A DNA stretch of 64,000 bases from NCBI GenBank assembly GCA_963716145.1, contig OY970292.1, positions 901,404-965,403 on the forward strand. The letters are read 5' to 3'. A program made the position numbers and the translations under genes. The DNA comes from Candidatus Levyibacteriota bacterium (GTDB lineage: Bacteria; Patescibacteriota; Microgenomatia; Levybacterales; UBA12049). This document shows, piece by piece, positions 36,189-46,320 of the stretch. The first letter of the stretch is position 1. The number at the start of each line of letters is the position of its first letter. Below the pieces are notes generated by a model that was not told the DNA's origin, did no database searches, and was given only the letters and a program-made list of their open reading frames with translations.

Positions 36189-38063
36189 TTAGAATAGGTC
36201 TTCGTTGCTTTCGAGGTTTATTTTTAATGAACCGAAATTTTGAGATACGACGTGTTCCGGCAACTCCAGAACAAAACGAGAAACAGTATTGGCAGTTCTT
36301 TGGCCGAAGAAAAGTCGGCGTTTTGCGTAAGTTAAAAAAAGTTTTTCTTTTGCCCTTGTCATACCAACGTAACAAAGACGTCTCTCTTCCTCCAATTCGC
36401 CTCGGTCCATGAGAGAGCGTGAATGTGGAAATAATCCCTCCTCCATCCCAATCATAAAAATTGTTGGGAATTCCAAGCCTTTGGCTGCATGGAGGGTCAT
36501 AAGTGTAATTGCGTTTTTTTTCTCTCCATCCACTTGCGGTTCTGAATTATATTCCTGTTCAACAAGTGAAACATTTTCCAGAAAATCCGTAAGATCGGGA
36601 AAAGCGATCGCGACAGATCTAAGCTCTTTTATATTCTCAAGCCGCATACGGTCCTCTTCAATTTTTTCATCATATAGCTCAAGATAGCCCGTTGCTTTTA
36701 TTACTCCATCAAGAATATCAATTGTCGCGATATCATCTTTTCCTTCAACCGTTACCTGGTATTCAAGAAATTTTTGTAAGCGTCCTTTGCCCAATTTTTC
36801 AAGCCGTTTATATGAGACCATGTCTTTTGGATTGGATTGTACCCGAAGATAGGAAAGCACGTCTTTTACCTCTTTTCTGGCATAAAATCTGGTGCCTCCA
36901 ATCAGCACATATGGAATTCCGTGATGCAAAAATGCTTCTTCAATGACACGGGATTGAGCGTTGGTTCTGTACAATACCGCGACCCCGCTCAGGTCTTTAA
37001 TATTGTTTGTAATTAAGCTTTGAATAATATAGTCCGCTTCATCCTGCTCACTTTGCGCTTCATAGATTTCTATCTCTGAGCCCTCAGGATTTTCCGTCCA
37101 GAGTTTGAGTACGGGATGTGTCGTGTTTTTGGAAATTACTGCTGTTGCACCATCAAGGATTTTTTGGGTTGAGCGGTAATTCTGGGAAAGGGAAAAAGTT
37201 TTTGTATTTGGAAAGTCATCTTTAAATTTCATGAGATTGCGGTAATCAGCGCCACGCCAGCTATAGATGCTTTGTGAGAAATCGCCGACCACACATATAT
37301 TTTTCCATTTTCCCGAAAGCAATTTGGTCAATATATATTGAGCACGATTAGTGTCTTGATATTCATCAACCAGTACGTATTCAAATCTCATCTGGTATTT
37401 TTTGAGAATTGTCTCATTTTCCTGAAAAAGTTTTATGGTGAAAAGAATGAGATCATCAAAATCCAATGCATCGTTTTCTTTGAGAATTGCTTGATACATT
37501 GGATAAATTTTACTGACCGTTTCCTGGAAATATCCGCGAGCATAATTTAGGTATTCATTTGCGGTAATTAATTCATTTTTTGCCTGGGAAATTGTCGCGA
37601 GAACCGAGCTTGGTTTGAAATCTTTGACCGAAATTTCCAAACGCATCATTGCCTCCTTCAGTGCGTCTAATTGATCCTGGGAATCATAAATCAAAAACTT
37701 CTGGGAAAACCCAAGATGTTTTCCCTCAATTCTTAAAATCTTGGCACACATAGAATGGAAAGTTGCGATCCAAGGTCCTCCAGAGGCGGATCTCTCTTTG
37801 CTCGACATAGCTGAAGAATTTTTAATATCGGATAAGTATTTCCGCATCCTTTCTTTCATCTCGTTTGCTGCTTTGTTGGTAAAAGTAATCATCAAAATTG
37901 ATTCAGGCTCTATTTTTTTCTCAAGCATGAGATAGATAACTTTATATGTCAGAACCCGCGTTTTGCCGGATCCGGCGCCAGCAAGAATTATGACCGGACC
38001 TTCGGTTTGGAGCACCGCTTCTTGTTGGGCTGTATTTAAATCCTTGAGTAGTATGTCTCTCAT
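36189..38063 (-). CDS. UvrD/PcrA-family ATP-dependent DNA helicase
   Basis: Motif I AGAGSGKTRVLT, motif II VDEYQDTN, and C-terminal helicase motifs; 624 aa. Confidence 0.85.
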   Translation of the reverse strand: MRDILLKDLNTAQQEAVLQTEGPVIILAGAGSGKTRVLTYKVIYLMLEKKIEPESILMITFTNKAANEMKERMRKYLSDIKNSSAMSSKERSASGGPWIATFHSMCAKILRIEGKHLGFSQKFLIYDSQDQLDALKEAMMRLEISVKDFKPSSVLATISQAKNELITANEYLNYARGYFQETVSKIYPMYQAILKENDALDFDDLILFTIKLFQENETILKKYQMRFEYVLVDEYQDTNRAQYILTKLLSGKWKNICVVGDFSQSIYSWRGADYRNLMKFKDDFPNTKTFSLSQNYRSTQKILDGATAVISKNTTHPVLKLWTENPEGSEIEIYEAQSEQDEADYIIQSLITNNIKDLSGVAVLYRTNAQSRVIEEAFLHHGIPYVLIGGTRFYARKEVKDVLSYLRVQSNPKDMVSYKRLEKLGKGRLQKFLEYQVTVEGKDDIATIDILDGVIKATGYLELYDEKIEEDRMRLENIKELRSVAIAFPDLTDFLENVSLVEQEYNSEPQVDGEKKNAITLMTLHAAKGLEFPTIFMIGMEEGLFPHSRSLMDRGELEEERRLCYVGMTRAKEKLFLTYAKRRLFFGQRTANTVSRFVLELPEHVVSQNFGSLKINLESNEDLF

Positions 38064-38126
38064 AGAGTATAATTATCTAGTTATTTTGCTATGTTTAGTC
38101 AATTGGGGTAGTATTTATTGTAACAT

Positions 38127-38837
38127 ATGAAAAAGCTTTTTATTGTTGCTAACTGGAAATCAAATAAGACAACAAGTGAATCAATAAACTGGCTTCAATC
38201 AATTGAAAATCTAAAATTAAGATTTGACAAAGAAGAGAAAGAAGTAATTGTTTGCCCATCGTTTACTTCTTTGCCAAGCATGAAAGCATATATATTGCAG
38301 AAGAGTTTGCCTATCAAATTAGGATCTCAAGATATTTCCCCGTTTAATGAAGGCGCGTACACAGGAGAGATAAGCGCAAAGCAAATTAAAGAGTTGGCGG
38401 AGTATGCAATTGTTGGACATTCTGAAAGACGGAAATACTTTCATGAAACAGATGACGACGTAATACAAGAAGTCACAAGATTGATAGAAGAAGGTATTAG
38501 TCCTATTTTGTGCGTTAGTGATATGAGGCAAATGGATTATTATCTTTTGCAGGGGAAAGTAGTCGTAGATAATGCCGACAAAATTATTTTTGTTTATGAG
38601 CCCCCGAGTGCTATCAGCGGAGGCGGAGCGTTTCATCCGGAAAATCCTGAAGAAGCAAACAGAAATGCTGCAGAGATAAGTGCGAAAATTGGTAAAAGAG
38701 TTATCACATTATATGGGGGAAGTGTAAATTCTGATAATGCCGGTTTATTTTTTAGTCAGGAAAATATTGACGGCGGTTTGATTGGGCAGGCAAGTCTTGA
38801 TGCAAATAAATTCCTCCAAATAATTGAAAGTTCTTAG
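38127..38837 (+). CDS. tpiA: triosephosphate isomerase
   Basis: ANWKSNKT (Lys/Asn substrate site), GHSERR catalytic His, and a later YGGS loop. Confidence 0.85.
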   Translation: MKKLFIVANWKSNKTTSESINWLQSIENLKLRFDKEEKEVIVCPSFTSLPSMKAYILQKSLPIKLGSQDISPFNEGAYTGEISAKQIKELAEYAIVGHSERRKYFHETDDDVIQEVTRLIEEGISPILCVSDMRQMDYYLLQGKVVVDNADKIIFVYEPPSAISGGGAFHPENPEEANRNAAEISAKIGKRVITLYGGSVNSDNAGLFFSQENIDGGLIGQASLDANKFLQIIESS

Positions 38838-38842
38838 TCTTT

Positions 38843-40012
38843 ATGTATACAAGGAGACAAAAACCTATTCGAAAAAGAGTAATTGCAGCTATTGTTATTT
38901 TTTTCCTGTTGCTAGGCAGTATTTTTCTATCAAAAGGAGTGAAGTATATTCCTGCTCTTTTTCAGCTACTATTCCAGAAAGAAGTTAATCTTAAGACAAC
39001 AGATCGCAACAGAATAAATATATTAATTCTTGGAGTAGGAGGCGGAAATCATGACGGACCAAATCTGACAGACACGATGATATTCGCAAGCATTGATTCT
39101 AAAAGCAATAAAGTAAATCTTACCTCAATTCCTCGGGATTTATGGATGCCGGAGCTTAAGACAAAAATTAATGTAGCTTATGCAATTGGCGAGGCAAAAC
39201 AAAAAGAGGGAGGCTTAAAATTGGCAAAAGCAAGCGTTTCGCACTTGTTAAATCAGCAAATAGACTATGGAGTTAGGATCGATTTTGACGGTTTTGTGAA
39301 GGCAGTTGATATGATCGGAGGTCTTGATATCACAGTTGACAATACACTTGATGATGATCAATATCCACTTGAAGGGAAAGAGAGTGACAGTTGCGGTCTG
39401 ACTGAGGAAAAAATTGCTTCTCTTTCGGCTGAACTTGCAACCGGCAGTGCCACTGAGAATGAAGCATTTCCCTGTCGCTATGAGCATCTGCATTTTGATA
39501 TAGGAGCCCAAAAAATGAATGGAATAAATGCACTTAAGTTTGTTCGTTCCCGTCACGCTCAGGATGGTGAAGGCTCGGACTTTGCCAGGTCCAAAAGACA
39601 AGAAAAAGTAATATCGGCATTTAAAGATAAAGTTTTTTCAGCAGGTACTTTTCTTAATCCTGTGAAGGTGGTGAGTCTGGTTTCTGTTTTGTCAGGGAGC
39701 ATAGACACAGATATAAAAGAAGATGAGTATGATGATTTTGTAAAACTCGCTCAAAAGCTGAAGGGTGCAAAGATTGACAGCGCGATTTTGGATATTGGTG
39801 ACGAACAGGATCGCCTGGGGCTTCTTGTTCATCCCGAAGATGTTGGTGATTATGATGGTCAATACGTTCTTATTCCTAGAAAAGGGAATGGAAATTACTC
39901 AGAAATTCAAGAATATATAAATTGCGAAGTTCAATATGGAAATTGTATTGTTTTGAAAAATGGAATCACAACCCCAACCCCCGAGCCTTCAAAAAGTCTA
40001 AAGAAAAATTAA
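38843..40012 (+). CDS. LytR-CpsA-Psr (LCP) family cell-envelope phosphotransferase
   Basis: N-terminal TM helix; INILILGVGGGNHDGPNLTDTMIFASID...SIPRDLW is the LCP core. Confidence 0.8.
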   Translation: MYTRRQKPIRKRVIAAIVIFFLLLGSIFLSKGVKYIPALFQLLFQKEVNLKTTDRNRINILILGVGGGNHDGPNLTDTMIFASIDSKSNKVNLTSIPRDLWMPELKTKINVAYAIGEAKQKEGGLKLAKASVSHLLNQQIDYGVRIDFDGFVKAVDMIGGLDITVDNTLDDDQYPLEGKESDSCGLTEEKIASLSAELATGSATENEAFPCRYEHLHFDIGAQKMNGINALKFVRSRHAQDGEGSDFARSKRQEKVISAFKDKVFSAGTFLNPVKVVSLVSVLSGSIDTDIKEDEYDDFVKLAQKLKGAKIDSAILDIGDEQDRLGLLVHPEDVGDYDGQYVLIPRKGNGNYSEIQEYINCEVQYGNCIVLKNGITTPTPEPSKSLKKN

Positions 40013-40054
40013 CCGTTAGATATCTACTGGGTATAAGTTTAGTCTGGTGTGGGC

Positions 40055-40720
40055 TTATAATCTCAATAATTTTAGAATAATTATCAAACTTACATTAACC
40101 CCAATTGGTGCTGCGAGATAAAGATCGGCTTTTTGGAACGTTTGCTGGAAAAGAGCGTTTGCAAAAAGAGAATTGGGATTAATCGAGGGAATTCTAAAAC
40201 CCACGAAATACAAGACTAAAGCGATAAAGATTAAAGTAAGTATAAGTTCAAGTGCTCCCTCCATGTCTCTTTTGCTTGAGAACATAGTATTTCCGATCTC
40301 GAAAACTAGATAACTGATAACAATAACCGATAACTTATAACTAAATAGATCGTTTTGAACGGCATATAGAAAGGTGCCAATTAGAATTGCCGTGCCAAAA
40401 AGAAATGGCGCAGTGCCAATCAGAAATCTTCGGATAGGGTCGGTTTTGGCAATTTGGACGCTTCCCAGCTTCAAATTATTGTCAATAAGTTTTGGCAGCA
40501 GCTCCATCTCTCCAACAGGCACCTGAAGGAGCACCGCCATAAACGCATGGGAAACTTCATGGATAAAAGTGCCTGGGAGGAAAAGAAAACTCATAAGATA
40601 CACGCTGATTCTTTTATTTCTTGTTGTTTTGTAGAAAAAGTTAAAAAGCAGGGTGGTCAAAAACCTGGAAAGGATAAAAAGGGTAAAGAGTTCAATGAAG
40701 AATATCGCGATAATCAGCAT
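40055..40720 (-). CDS. polytopic membrane protein with HExxH motif (putative membrane zinc metalloprotease)
   Basis: FIHEVSHAFMA lies within or adjacent to a TM helix; about 6 TM segments in total. Confidence 0.45.
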   Translation of the reverse strand: MLIIAIFFIELFTLFILSRFLTTLLFNFFYKTTRNKRISVYLMSFLFLPGTFIHEVSHAFMAVLLQVPVGEMELLPKLIDNNLKLGSVQIAKTDPIRRFLIGTAPFLFGTAILIGTFLYAVQNDLFSYKLSVIVISYLVFEIGNTMFSSKRDMEGALELILTLIFIALVLYFVGFRIPSINPNSLFANALFQQTFQKADLYLAAPIGVNVSLIIILKLLRL

Positions 40721-40802
40721 ATTCTTAGTATATATGATATAGCAATTTTGCTACTTGCAAAATATCAAAAGATTGTTCTATTATAGATAAAGAGATAAAG
40801 TT

Positions 40803-41423
40803 ATGTCCAAAAAAACTCTTGCCCTTATTTCTGGTTTGGTACTCGTTACGGTAGTTCTTTTTGTAATTGCCTTAAAATCAAGCCAACAATCTACTCAAAC
40901 AAATGTAACTCCCTCGGGCACAGTCATGAAACCCTCTCCTACAGTCTCGATGGCGCATTCGGTTTTGACCTTGTCGCCTAACCCTGTAAATGTTGTTCCT
41001 GGAGGGGCTGGGAAGGTAGATGTTGAGATTGATACATCTGATAATCCTGTTACAGCGGTACAACTTGAGATTGCATATGATCCAAAGGTTCTAAGCAACG
41101 TTAAGGTTGTGTCAGGTCCGCTTTTCCTGAATTCAGTAGTCCTTATTAATAAAGACAATCCAACAACGGGAAGATTTACTTATGCTTTTGGTAGAACACC
41201 AGGCCAAGCACCGGTTCAGGGAACAGGAGTGGTGGCCACGATCAGCTTTACAGCCAAAGCTTCCGCCCAGCCTTCTCAGCTGACTTTATTGCCAACTACC
41301 CTGGTAACAGCAAGAGGCGTAGCAACCTCAGTTCTTAAGAGCAGTTCAGGAACGCAAGTAATAGTGGGAACTGGAGATGCAATGATGAAGAAAGATAGCT
41401 CTACTCCCTCCGCAGGCCTCTAG
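40803..41423 (+). CDS. secreted/anchored beta-rich protein, cohesin-like domain candidate
   Basis: N-terminal TM anchor followed by a beta-strand-rich region about 150 aa long (LTLSPNPVNVVPGGAGKVDVEIDT...). Confidence 0.4.
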   Translation: MSKKTLALISGLVLVTVVLFVIALKSSQQSTQTNVTPSGTVMKPSPTVSMAHSVLTLSPNPVNVVPGGAGKVDVEIDTSDNPVTAVQLEIAYDPKVLSNVKVVSGPLFLNSVVLINKDNPTTGRFTYAFGRTPGQAPVQGTGVVATISFTAKASAQPSQLTLLPTTLVTARGVATSVLKSSSGTQVIVGTGDAMMKKDSSTPSAGL

Positions 41424-41431
41424 TAAACAGT

Positions 41432-42472
41432 TTATAAAGATTTATTCAGAAGTTCTAATAGCTGGGTTTTCGTTTTGATTTTAAGATCAAATATTTTCAT
41501 TCCAAATTCAATATTGTTGAGTTTTTTCTCAGTTGTATTAATTCCTGCAATCCACTTTCCGCTTGAACGGTGGAGCACTTCCATACCTAAATATTTACAA
41601 AAGTATTCTTCATCAATTTTTTCAATTGAACTAAAAGCCTCCATAGTTTTTGTTACATAATCAATTGTTTCTGTTTTTCCAATATATCTAGCCAAACCAT
41701 AAATCACGATATGAGCCAAGAAATTTGGCAGAACATATTCCTTGTCGCCTAAATGTGATCGTCCAAAATCAATAAAAGCAACTTGACCCTGCGGATCTAC
41801 TAAAACATTTTTCGGATGTCCATCTGTCCAGATGTATTGATCCTTTTTGCAATAATGAGCTTCTAATTCTTTATAATATTCCTGTGTGTTTGCATAGAAC
41901 AGTCTTAATTCCATTCCTCTTTGGTAAATTTGCTGCTCGGCTGATTCAACTGTTTCAAAAGGCTTCCACTTTTTCATTTCCTGATTCAAAAGTGCAAGAC
42001 TTTCCCCGACATTTTTGGCAGAATCTATATTGAATTTTCTATCAAGAATTTGATTCATCATCAATACGAATTTTTCTTCTCTTAAATCGCTAAGAATAGT
42101 TGTAAAAATGTCTGGAAAAAAGTGAAGAACTTCAGGAATTTTTATATCGGAATTTTTTAATTTTTTTAATATTTTTGTATCAAGATTTCCGCTTTCACGG
42201 CCCAAGAAAAAGTCATAAGGACTAAACGGAGGACTAAATAATCCTTCACTTCGATCCTCAGTATGTTTCACAATAACGCTTTTTTGATCCAAATGCGCTT
42301 CATAAACTTGTGACATGACTCCACCTGCTAGTAAATTACCCAATTTAATTTTTAATCCGCGTTTTTTAAGTTCTGTTTCCAATCTATCCTTATTTTTGTA
42401 GGGCGATAACTTGGGATAAATCTTCTTTTTGTCACTAAAAGAGAGGGGATGCGGGTGAATTTTATTGTTCAT
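41432..42472 (-). CDS. phosphotransferase-family (APH/ChoK-like) kinase, possibly sugar/thioribose kinase-like
   Basis: Gly-rich N-lobe (LLAGGVMSQVYEA), catalytic region ...TDGHPKNVLV..., and DFG-like IDFGRS. Confidence 0.5.
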   Translation of the reverse strand: MNNKIHPHPLSFSDKKKIYPKLSPYKNKDRLETELKKRGLKIKLGNLLAGGVMSQVYEAHLDQKSVIVKHTEDRSEGLFSPPFSPYDFFLGRESGNLDTKILKKLKNSDIKIPEVLHFFPDIFTTILSDLREEKFVLMMNQILDRKFNIDSAKNVGESLALLNQEMKKWKPFETVESAEQQIYQRGMELRLFYANTQEYYKELEAHYCKKDQYIWTDGHPKNVLVDPQGQVAFIDFGRSHLGDKEYVLPNFLAHIVIYGLARYIGKTETIDYVTKTMEAFSSIEKIDEEYFCKYLGMEVLHRSSGKWIAGINTTEKKLNNIEFGMKIFDLKIKTKTQLLELLNKSL

Positions 42473-42569
42473 TAGTTAGTATTTTATTCTATTTTGGGAA
42501 AATTTAACAGATGTAGGTTTAAAATTGTTGGTTTATCTAATTTGAGGGGACTTTTGCGCTTTTCTTGAG

Positions 42570-43667
42570 TTATTTTGTTTCTTCTTTTTCCTCTTCTTCT
42601 CCGCCAACTACAATTGGTGCCGGCCGTCCGTCTTTGTTTTTACTCATTATTTCGGCAACTATTTTTTTCTCAAGACCTTTGTCTTCTTTCAGTTTTTCCA
42701 TTGTGGCTACTTTTCCCTGTCCCAGCATTTCATCATTATACCTATAAAATGCGCCTGATTTCTGAATAATTTCCATCTCAACTGCTACATCCACAATTCC
42801 GCCTTCTCTTGAAATTCCGGTTCCCGAAACATCAAATTCCGCAATTCTGAAAGGGGAGGCAATCTTATTCTTAACAATTTTTACGCGGTGTCTGGATCCA
42901 ACCACCTTATCTCCATCTTTAAGTGTTTCAATTTTGCGGATATCCATCCTGACTGATGCATAGAATTTGAGTGCAAGTCCACCTGTTGTTGTTTCAGGAT
43001 TACCAAACATCACACCAATTTTTTGGCGAAGTTGATTGGTGAAGATAACGACAGTTTTGGATTTTGAAATAACTCCTGTTAATTTACGAAGGGCTTGGGA
43101 CATAAGCCTTGCCTGAAGACCCATGCTTGAATCACCCATGTCGCCTTCTATTTCAGCTCTTGGAACAAGTGCCGCAACTGAATCAATAACCAAAACATCA
43201 ATTCCACCTGATCGCACAAGACTTTCTGTTATCTCAAGCGCCTGTTCACCGGTATCAGGTTGGGAGATAAGTAATTCATCAAGTTTAACTCCTAGTTTCT
43301 CAGCCCACATCGGATCAAGCGCGTGCTCTGCATCTATGAAAGCAGCGACACCGCCATGCTTTTGTGCTTGGGCAATTGTTGAGAGACAAACTGTGGTTTT
43401 ACCTGATGCTTCCGGTCCGTAAATTTCAATAATTCTTCCTCTGGGGAGACCTCCTGCGCCAAGCGCAAGATCAAGAGGAAGACAACCGGTTGAAATAACT
43501 GAAATATCAAATTTTTGACCTGCATCACCAAAACGCATGATCGCGCCGCGGCCGTATTGTTTCTCTATCTGATCCATGGCAACCTGGATCGATTCCATTT
43601 TTTGTTTGTTGTCGGTTTGCTCTTGAACAGGAGTTGATGTTTTTGAATTAGCTGATGCCTTCGCCAT
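42570..43667 (-). CDS. recA: recombinase RecA (with N-terminal about 25-aa and acidic C-terminal extensions)
   Basis: [16 protein letters not shown] Walker A, the L1/L2 regions, and [10 protein letters not shown]. Confidence 0.9.
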   Translation of the reverse strand: MAKASANSKTSTPVQEQTDNKQKMESIQVAMDQIEKQYGRGAIMRFGDAGQKFDISVISTGCLPLDLALGAGGLPRGRIIEIYGPEASGKTTVCLSTIAQAQKHGGVAAFIDAEHALDPMWAEKLGVKLDELLISQPDTGEQALEITESLVRSGGIDVLVIDSVAALVPRAEIEGDMGDSSMGLQARLMSQALRKLTGVISKSKTVVIFTNQLRQKIGVMFGNPETTTGGLALKFYASVRMDIRKIETLKDGDKVVGSRHRVKIVKNKIASPFRIAEFDVSGTGISREGGIVDVAVEMEIIQKSGAFYRYNDEMLGQGKVATMEKLKEDKGLEKKIVAEIMSKNKDGRPAPIVVGGEEEEKEETK

Positions 43668-43754
43668 AATTTATGTCCTAATGATAACAATTCTGTGTTA
43701 AAATACAAGAGGGAAAATAATAAACCAATAATCCAATATCCAAATAATCCAATA

Positions 43755-44123
43755 ATGAAGCCAAAAGTTGCTGATATTCATAAACGTATCTATGATTTTG
43801 TGATTAGGGTTCTAAATTTGGTAAAGCAATTACCAAAAACACCGGAGAACACAATAATTATTTATCAAATTACAAAATCTGCAACGTCTATGGGCGCAAA
43901 CGATAGAGAAGCAGATGGGGTAACAACAAAAAAAGATTTCATTCATAAATATAGTATCGCTAGGAAAGAAGGAAAAGAGACGGATTATTGGTTAAATATC
44001 ATTGCAGACACAAATCCAGCTCTCAAAGTAAGAATGGCGAGTTTAATAAATGAGTGTCAGGAGATAATTAAAATTGTTAGTACGATAATTTATAATACTC
44101 AGATGAATAATTCCAAAAAATAA
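43755..44123 (+). CDS. four-helix-bundle protein (TIGR02436 family), second copy
   Basis: IYDFVIRVLNLVKQLPK...SATSMGANDREADG...EGKETDYWLNI. The start is set at an internal Met. Confidence 0.65.
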   Translation: MKPKVADIHKRIYDFVIRVLNLVKQLPKTPENTIIIYQITKSATSMGANDREADGVTTKKDFIHKYSIARKEGKETDYWLNIIADTNPALKVRMASLINECQEIIKIVSTIIYNTQMNNSKK

Positions 44124-44215
44124 TCCAATAAGCAAATAGTCAAATAAACAAATTAATTTTCAATTGGATTATTTGTATATTTGTTTATTTAATAATTCTT
44201 CGCTTTCAGCGAAGC

Positions 44216-44286
44216 CGGGGTGTAGTTTAATGGTAGAATGTGCGGCTGGGGGCCGTATGGCTGGAGTTCGATTCTCCGCACCCCGA
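44216..44286 (+). tRNA. tRNA-Pro, anticodon GGG
   Basis: Acceptor CGGGGTG/CACCCCG, D-arm GTTT-AATGGTA-GAAT, anticodon stem TGCGG/CCGTA with loop CTGGGGG (anticodon GGG, G37), T-arm TGGAG-TTCGATT-CTCCG, discriminator A. Confidence 0.7.
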
Positions 44287-44288
44287 CT

Positions 44289-44768
44289 ATGGACGAATTT
44301 GAAAAATATCTAAATAAAGCATTTCATTTTCTTTCTTTCCGCCCAAGGTCGGAGAAAGAAGTCCGCGATAATCTGTTGAAAAAAAAGGCACCTGCTGAAA
44401 TTATTGAAAGGGTCATTAATTCGTTAAACGAGCATAAATTTCTGAATGATGAGGATTTTGCCAGATTATTCATTGAGCAAAGATTGCGGTTTCGTCCAAA
44501 AGGATTAAGAATCATTAAATTAGAGTTAAGGCAAAAAGGGATTAATCAAGAGATTATAGATCAAACGATTAGTAATTTACAAAAGGATGATGGCGAAGTG
44601 CCAAACAGTGATATGGATTCTGCAAAGAAATTGGTTGAAAAAAAGATGCCTCGCTATAAAGACTTAACCAAGCAGGAAATATATAATAAGCTGGGATCAT
44701 ATCTCGCAAGGCGGGGGTTTGACTGGGATATAATAAAAAAAGCGATAGATAGTTATGAAGAAGAATAA
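44289..44768 (+). CDS. recX: recombination regulator RecX
   Basis: LSFRPRSEKEVRDNLLKK... three-helix repeats typical of RecX. The start is trimmed to the Met after the tRNA. Confidence 0.65.
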   Translation: MDEFEKYLNKAFHFLSFRPRSEKEVRDNLLKKKAPAEIIERVINSLNEHKFLNDEDFARLFIEQRLRFRPKGLRIIKLELRQKGINQEIIDQTISNLQKDDGEVPNSDMDSAKKLVEKKMPRYKDLTKQEIYNKLGSYLARRGFDWDIIKKAIDSYEEE

Positions 44769-46149
44769 GCTAGGAATTACAGCTAAAGATTCTTTCGGTA
44801 CCATTAATATTCCATCCGGATCACTTTTTGGTAAAACAACAGTAAGGTGGAGGCAGAGATTCGGGATAGGTGAGCCCTTGCCTTTTGATTTTATTTCCTC
44901 ACTCGCTCTTGTTAAAAAAGCTTGTGCGTTTGCTAATCGGGACTGCGGTGTTCTCGATTCTAAAACCGCGAGAGCGATAGGCAATATTTGCGACCAGATA
45001 ATAAAAGGCGAGTATAAGGATCAATTTCCGGTGAGTTACATTCAGTCGGGATCGGGTACTATCACCAATATGAATATGAATGAGGTGATTGCCAGAGCAG
45101 CACACATAAAAATGGGTGGCAAAATTGATGATGAGAAAACATCTCTTCACCCCAACGATATTGTTAATATGGCCCAATCAACCAATGACGTTTTTCCAAC
45201 AGCAATGCAACTAGCGGCAGTGCTTTATTTGAGAGGAAGGGTTATTCCTGAGGCCAGTAAACTTGCTGATAGTTTTGATTTAAAGGGAAAGGAATATTGG
45301 AATACAATAAAAGCCGGTAGGACGCACTTGATGGACGCTGTGCCAATAAGACTAGGGATGGAGTTTGATGCCTGGGGAAGAAGAATAAAAATAGCAGAAA
45401 AGGTAATCACGCGGAGCTTGGAGCATCTGTCTGTTCTGCCAATCGGTGGTACTGCTCTTGGGTCAGGGATAAATTCTCCAGAAGGTTTTGCCGCAAAAGC
45501 TGTTGCTTATATTTCCGAATTTACAGATTTTAAATTTAAAGAAGCGAAAAATAAAGCAGTCGGAATATCGTCTCATGACGCGATGATTGAGGCATCAAGC
45601 GCCATCAATCAATTAGCAGCAAGTCTTGTATCTATAACGACAAATATCCGGTGGTTGTCGTCTGGCCCGCGTACTGGAATAGCTGAGCTTGAGTTTCCCG
45701 GCACAGAAGCGGGTTCATCAATTATGCCTGGAAAAGTTAATCCGTCAATCCTGGAAGGCGTACGAATGGCTTGTCTGGAGATAGTAGGCAAGCATCATTC
45801 AATTGAGCTTGCAAATATGCATGGCAGTGAATTGGATTTGAATACTACAAAACCGCTCATAGCAAAACTTTTCCTGGAATCAGCAAAATTAATGGCCGAT
45901 AGCTGCAAGCTTCTTAATGAAAAATGCATTAAAGATATAAAAGCCAATTTGGGACCAATACAAAAACATCTGGACAATACACTTATGACAGTAACCGCTC
46001 TTACCGGTCATATAGGTTACGACAAAGCAACAGAGATTGCTTTAAAAGCGCTTAATGAAGGAATTACCTTAAGAGAGGCAGCTCTTGCAACGGGGCACGT
46101 GTCGGAAGCTGATTTCGATAGATGGGTAGTGCCTGAGGATATGGTTTAG
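44755..46149 (+). CDS. fumC: class II fumarate hydratase (fumarase/aspartase family)
   Basis: QSGSGTITNMNMNEV and the GSSIMPGKVNP signature. Confidence 0.8.
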   Translation: MKKNKLGITAKDSFGTINIPSGSLFGKTTVRWRQRFGIGEPLPFDFISSLALVKKACAFANRDCGVLDSKTARAIGNICDQIIKGEYKDQFPVSYIQSGSGTITNMNMNEVIARAAHIKMGGKIDDEKTSLHPNDIVNMAQSTNDVFPTAMQLAAVLYLRGRVIPEASKLADSFDLKGKEYWNTIKAGRTHLMDAVPIRLGMEFDAWGRRIKIAEKVITRSLEHLSVLPIGGTALGSGINSPEGFAAKAVAYISEFTDFKFKEAKNKAVGISSHDAMIEASSAINQLAASLVSITTNIRWLSSGPRTGIAELEFPGTEAGSSIMPGKVNPSILEGVRMACLEIVGKHHSIELANMHGSELDLNTTKPLIAKLFLESAKLMADSCKLLNEKCIKDIKANLGPIQKHLDNTLMTVTALTGHIGYDKATEIALKALNEGITLREAALATGHVSEADFDRWVVPEDMV

Positions 46150-46220
46150 CACGAGCACGGATTGTAGTATTTCTGTTGGTTGCATAAGAAATGATAAGTG
46201 GAGTATAATATCGATAGGCA

Positions 46221-46240
46221 AAAGAGCAATTGCTTTTTTA
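46221..46240 (+). terminator. rho-independent terminator-like hairpin (agcaa/ttgct palindrome + T-run)
   Basis: AAAGAGCAATTGCTTTTTT lies downstream of fumC. Confidence 0.45.
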
Positions 46241-46320
46241 TGAAGCGACTATTACAAACCTTCATACACATCGCATAAGAAGCGTAAAACCGCTTCTCTT
46301 CTCTTGTCTCAAAAATAATT

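Noticed and set aside
44238-44288. N-terminal extension of ORF 44238..44768 (MCGWGPYGWSSILRTPT)
   Set aside because: Encoded by the T-arm and acceptor of tRNA-Pro; recX starts at the Met at 44289.
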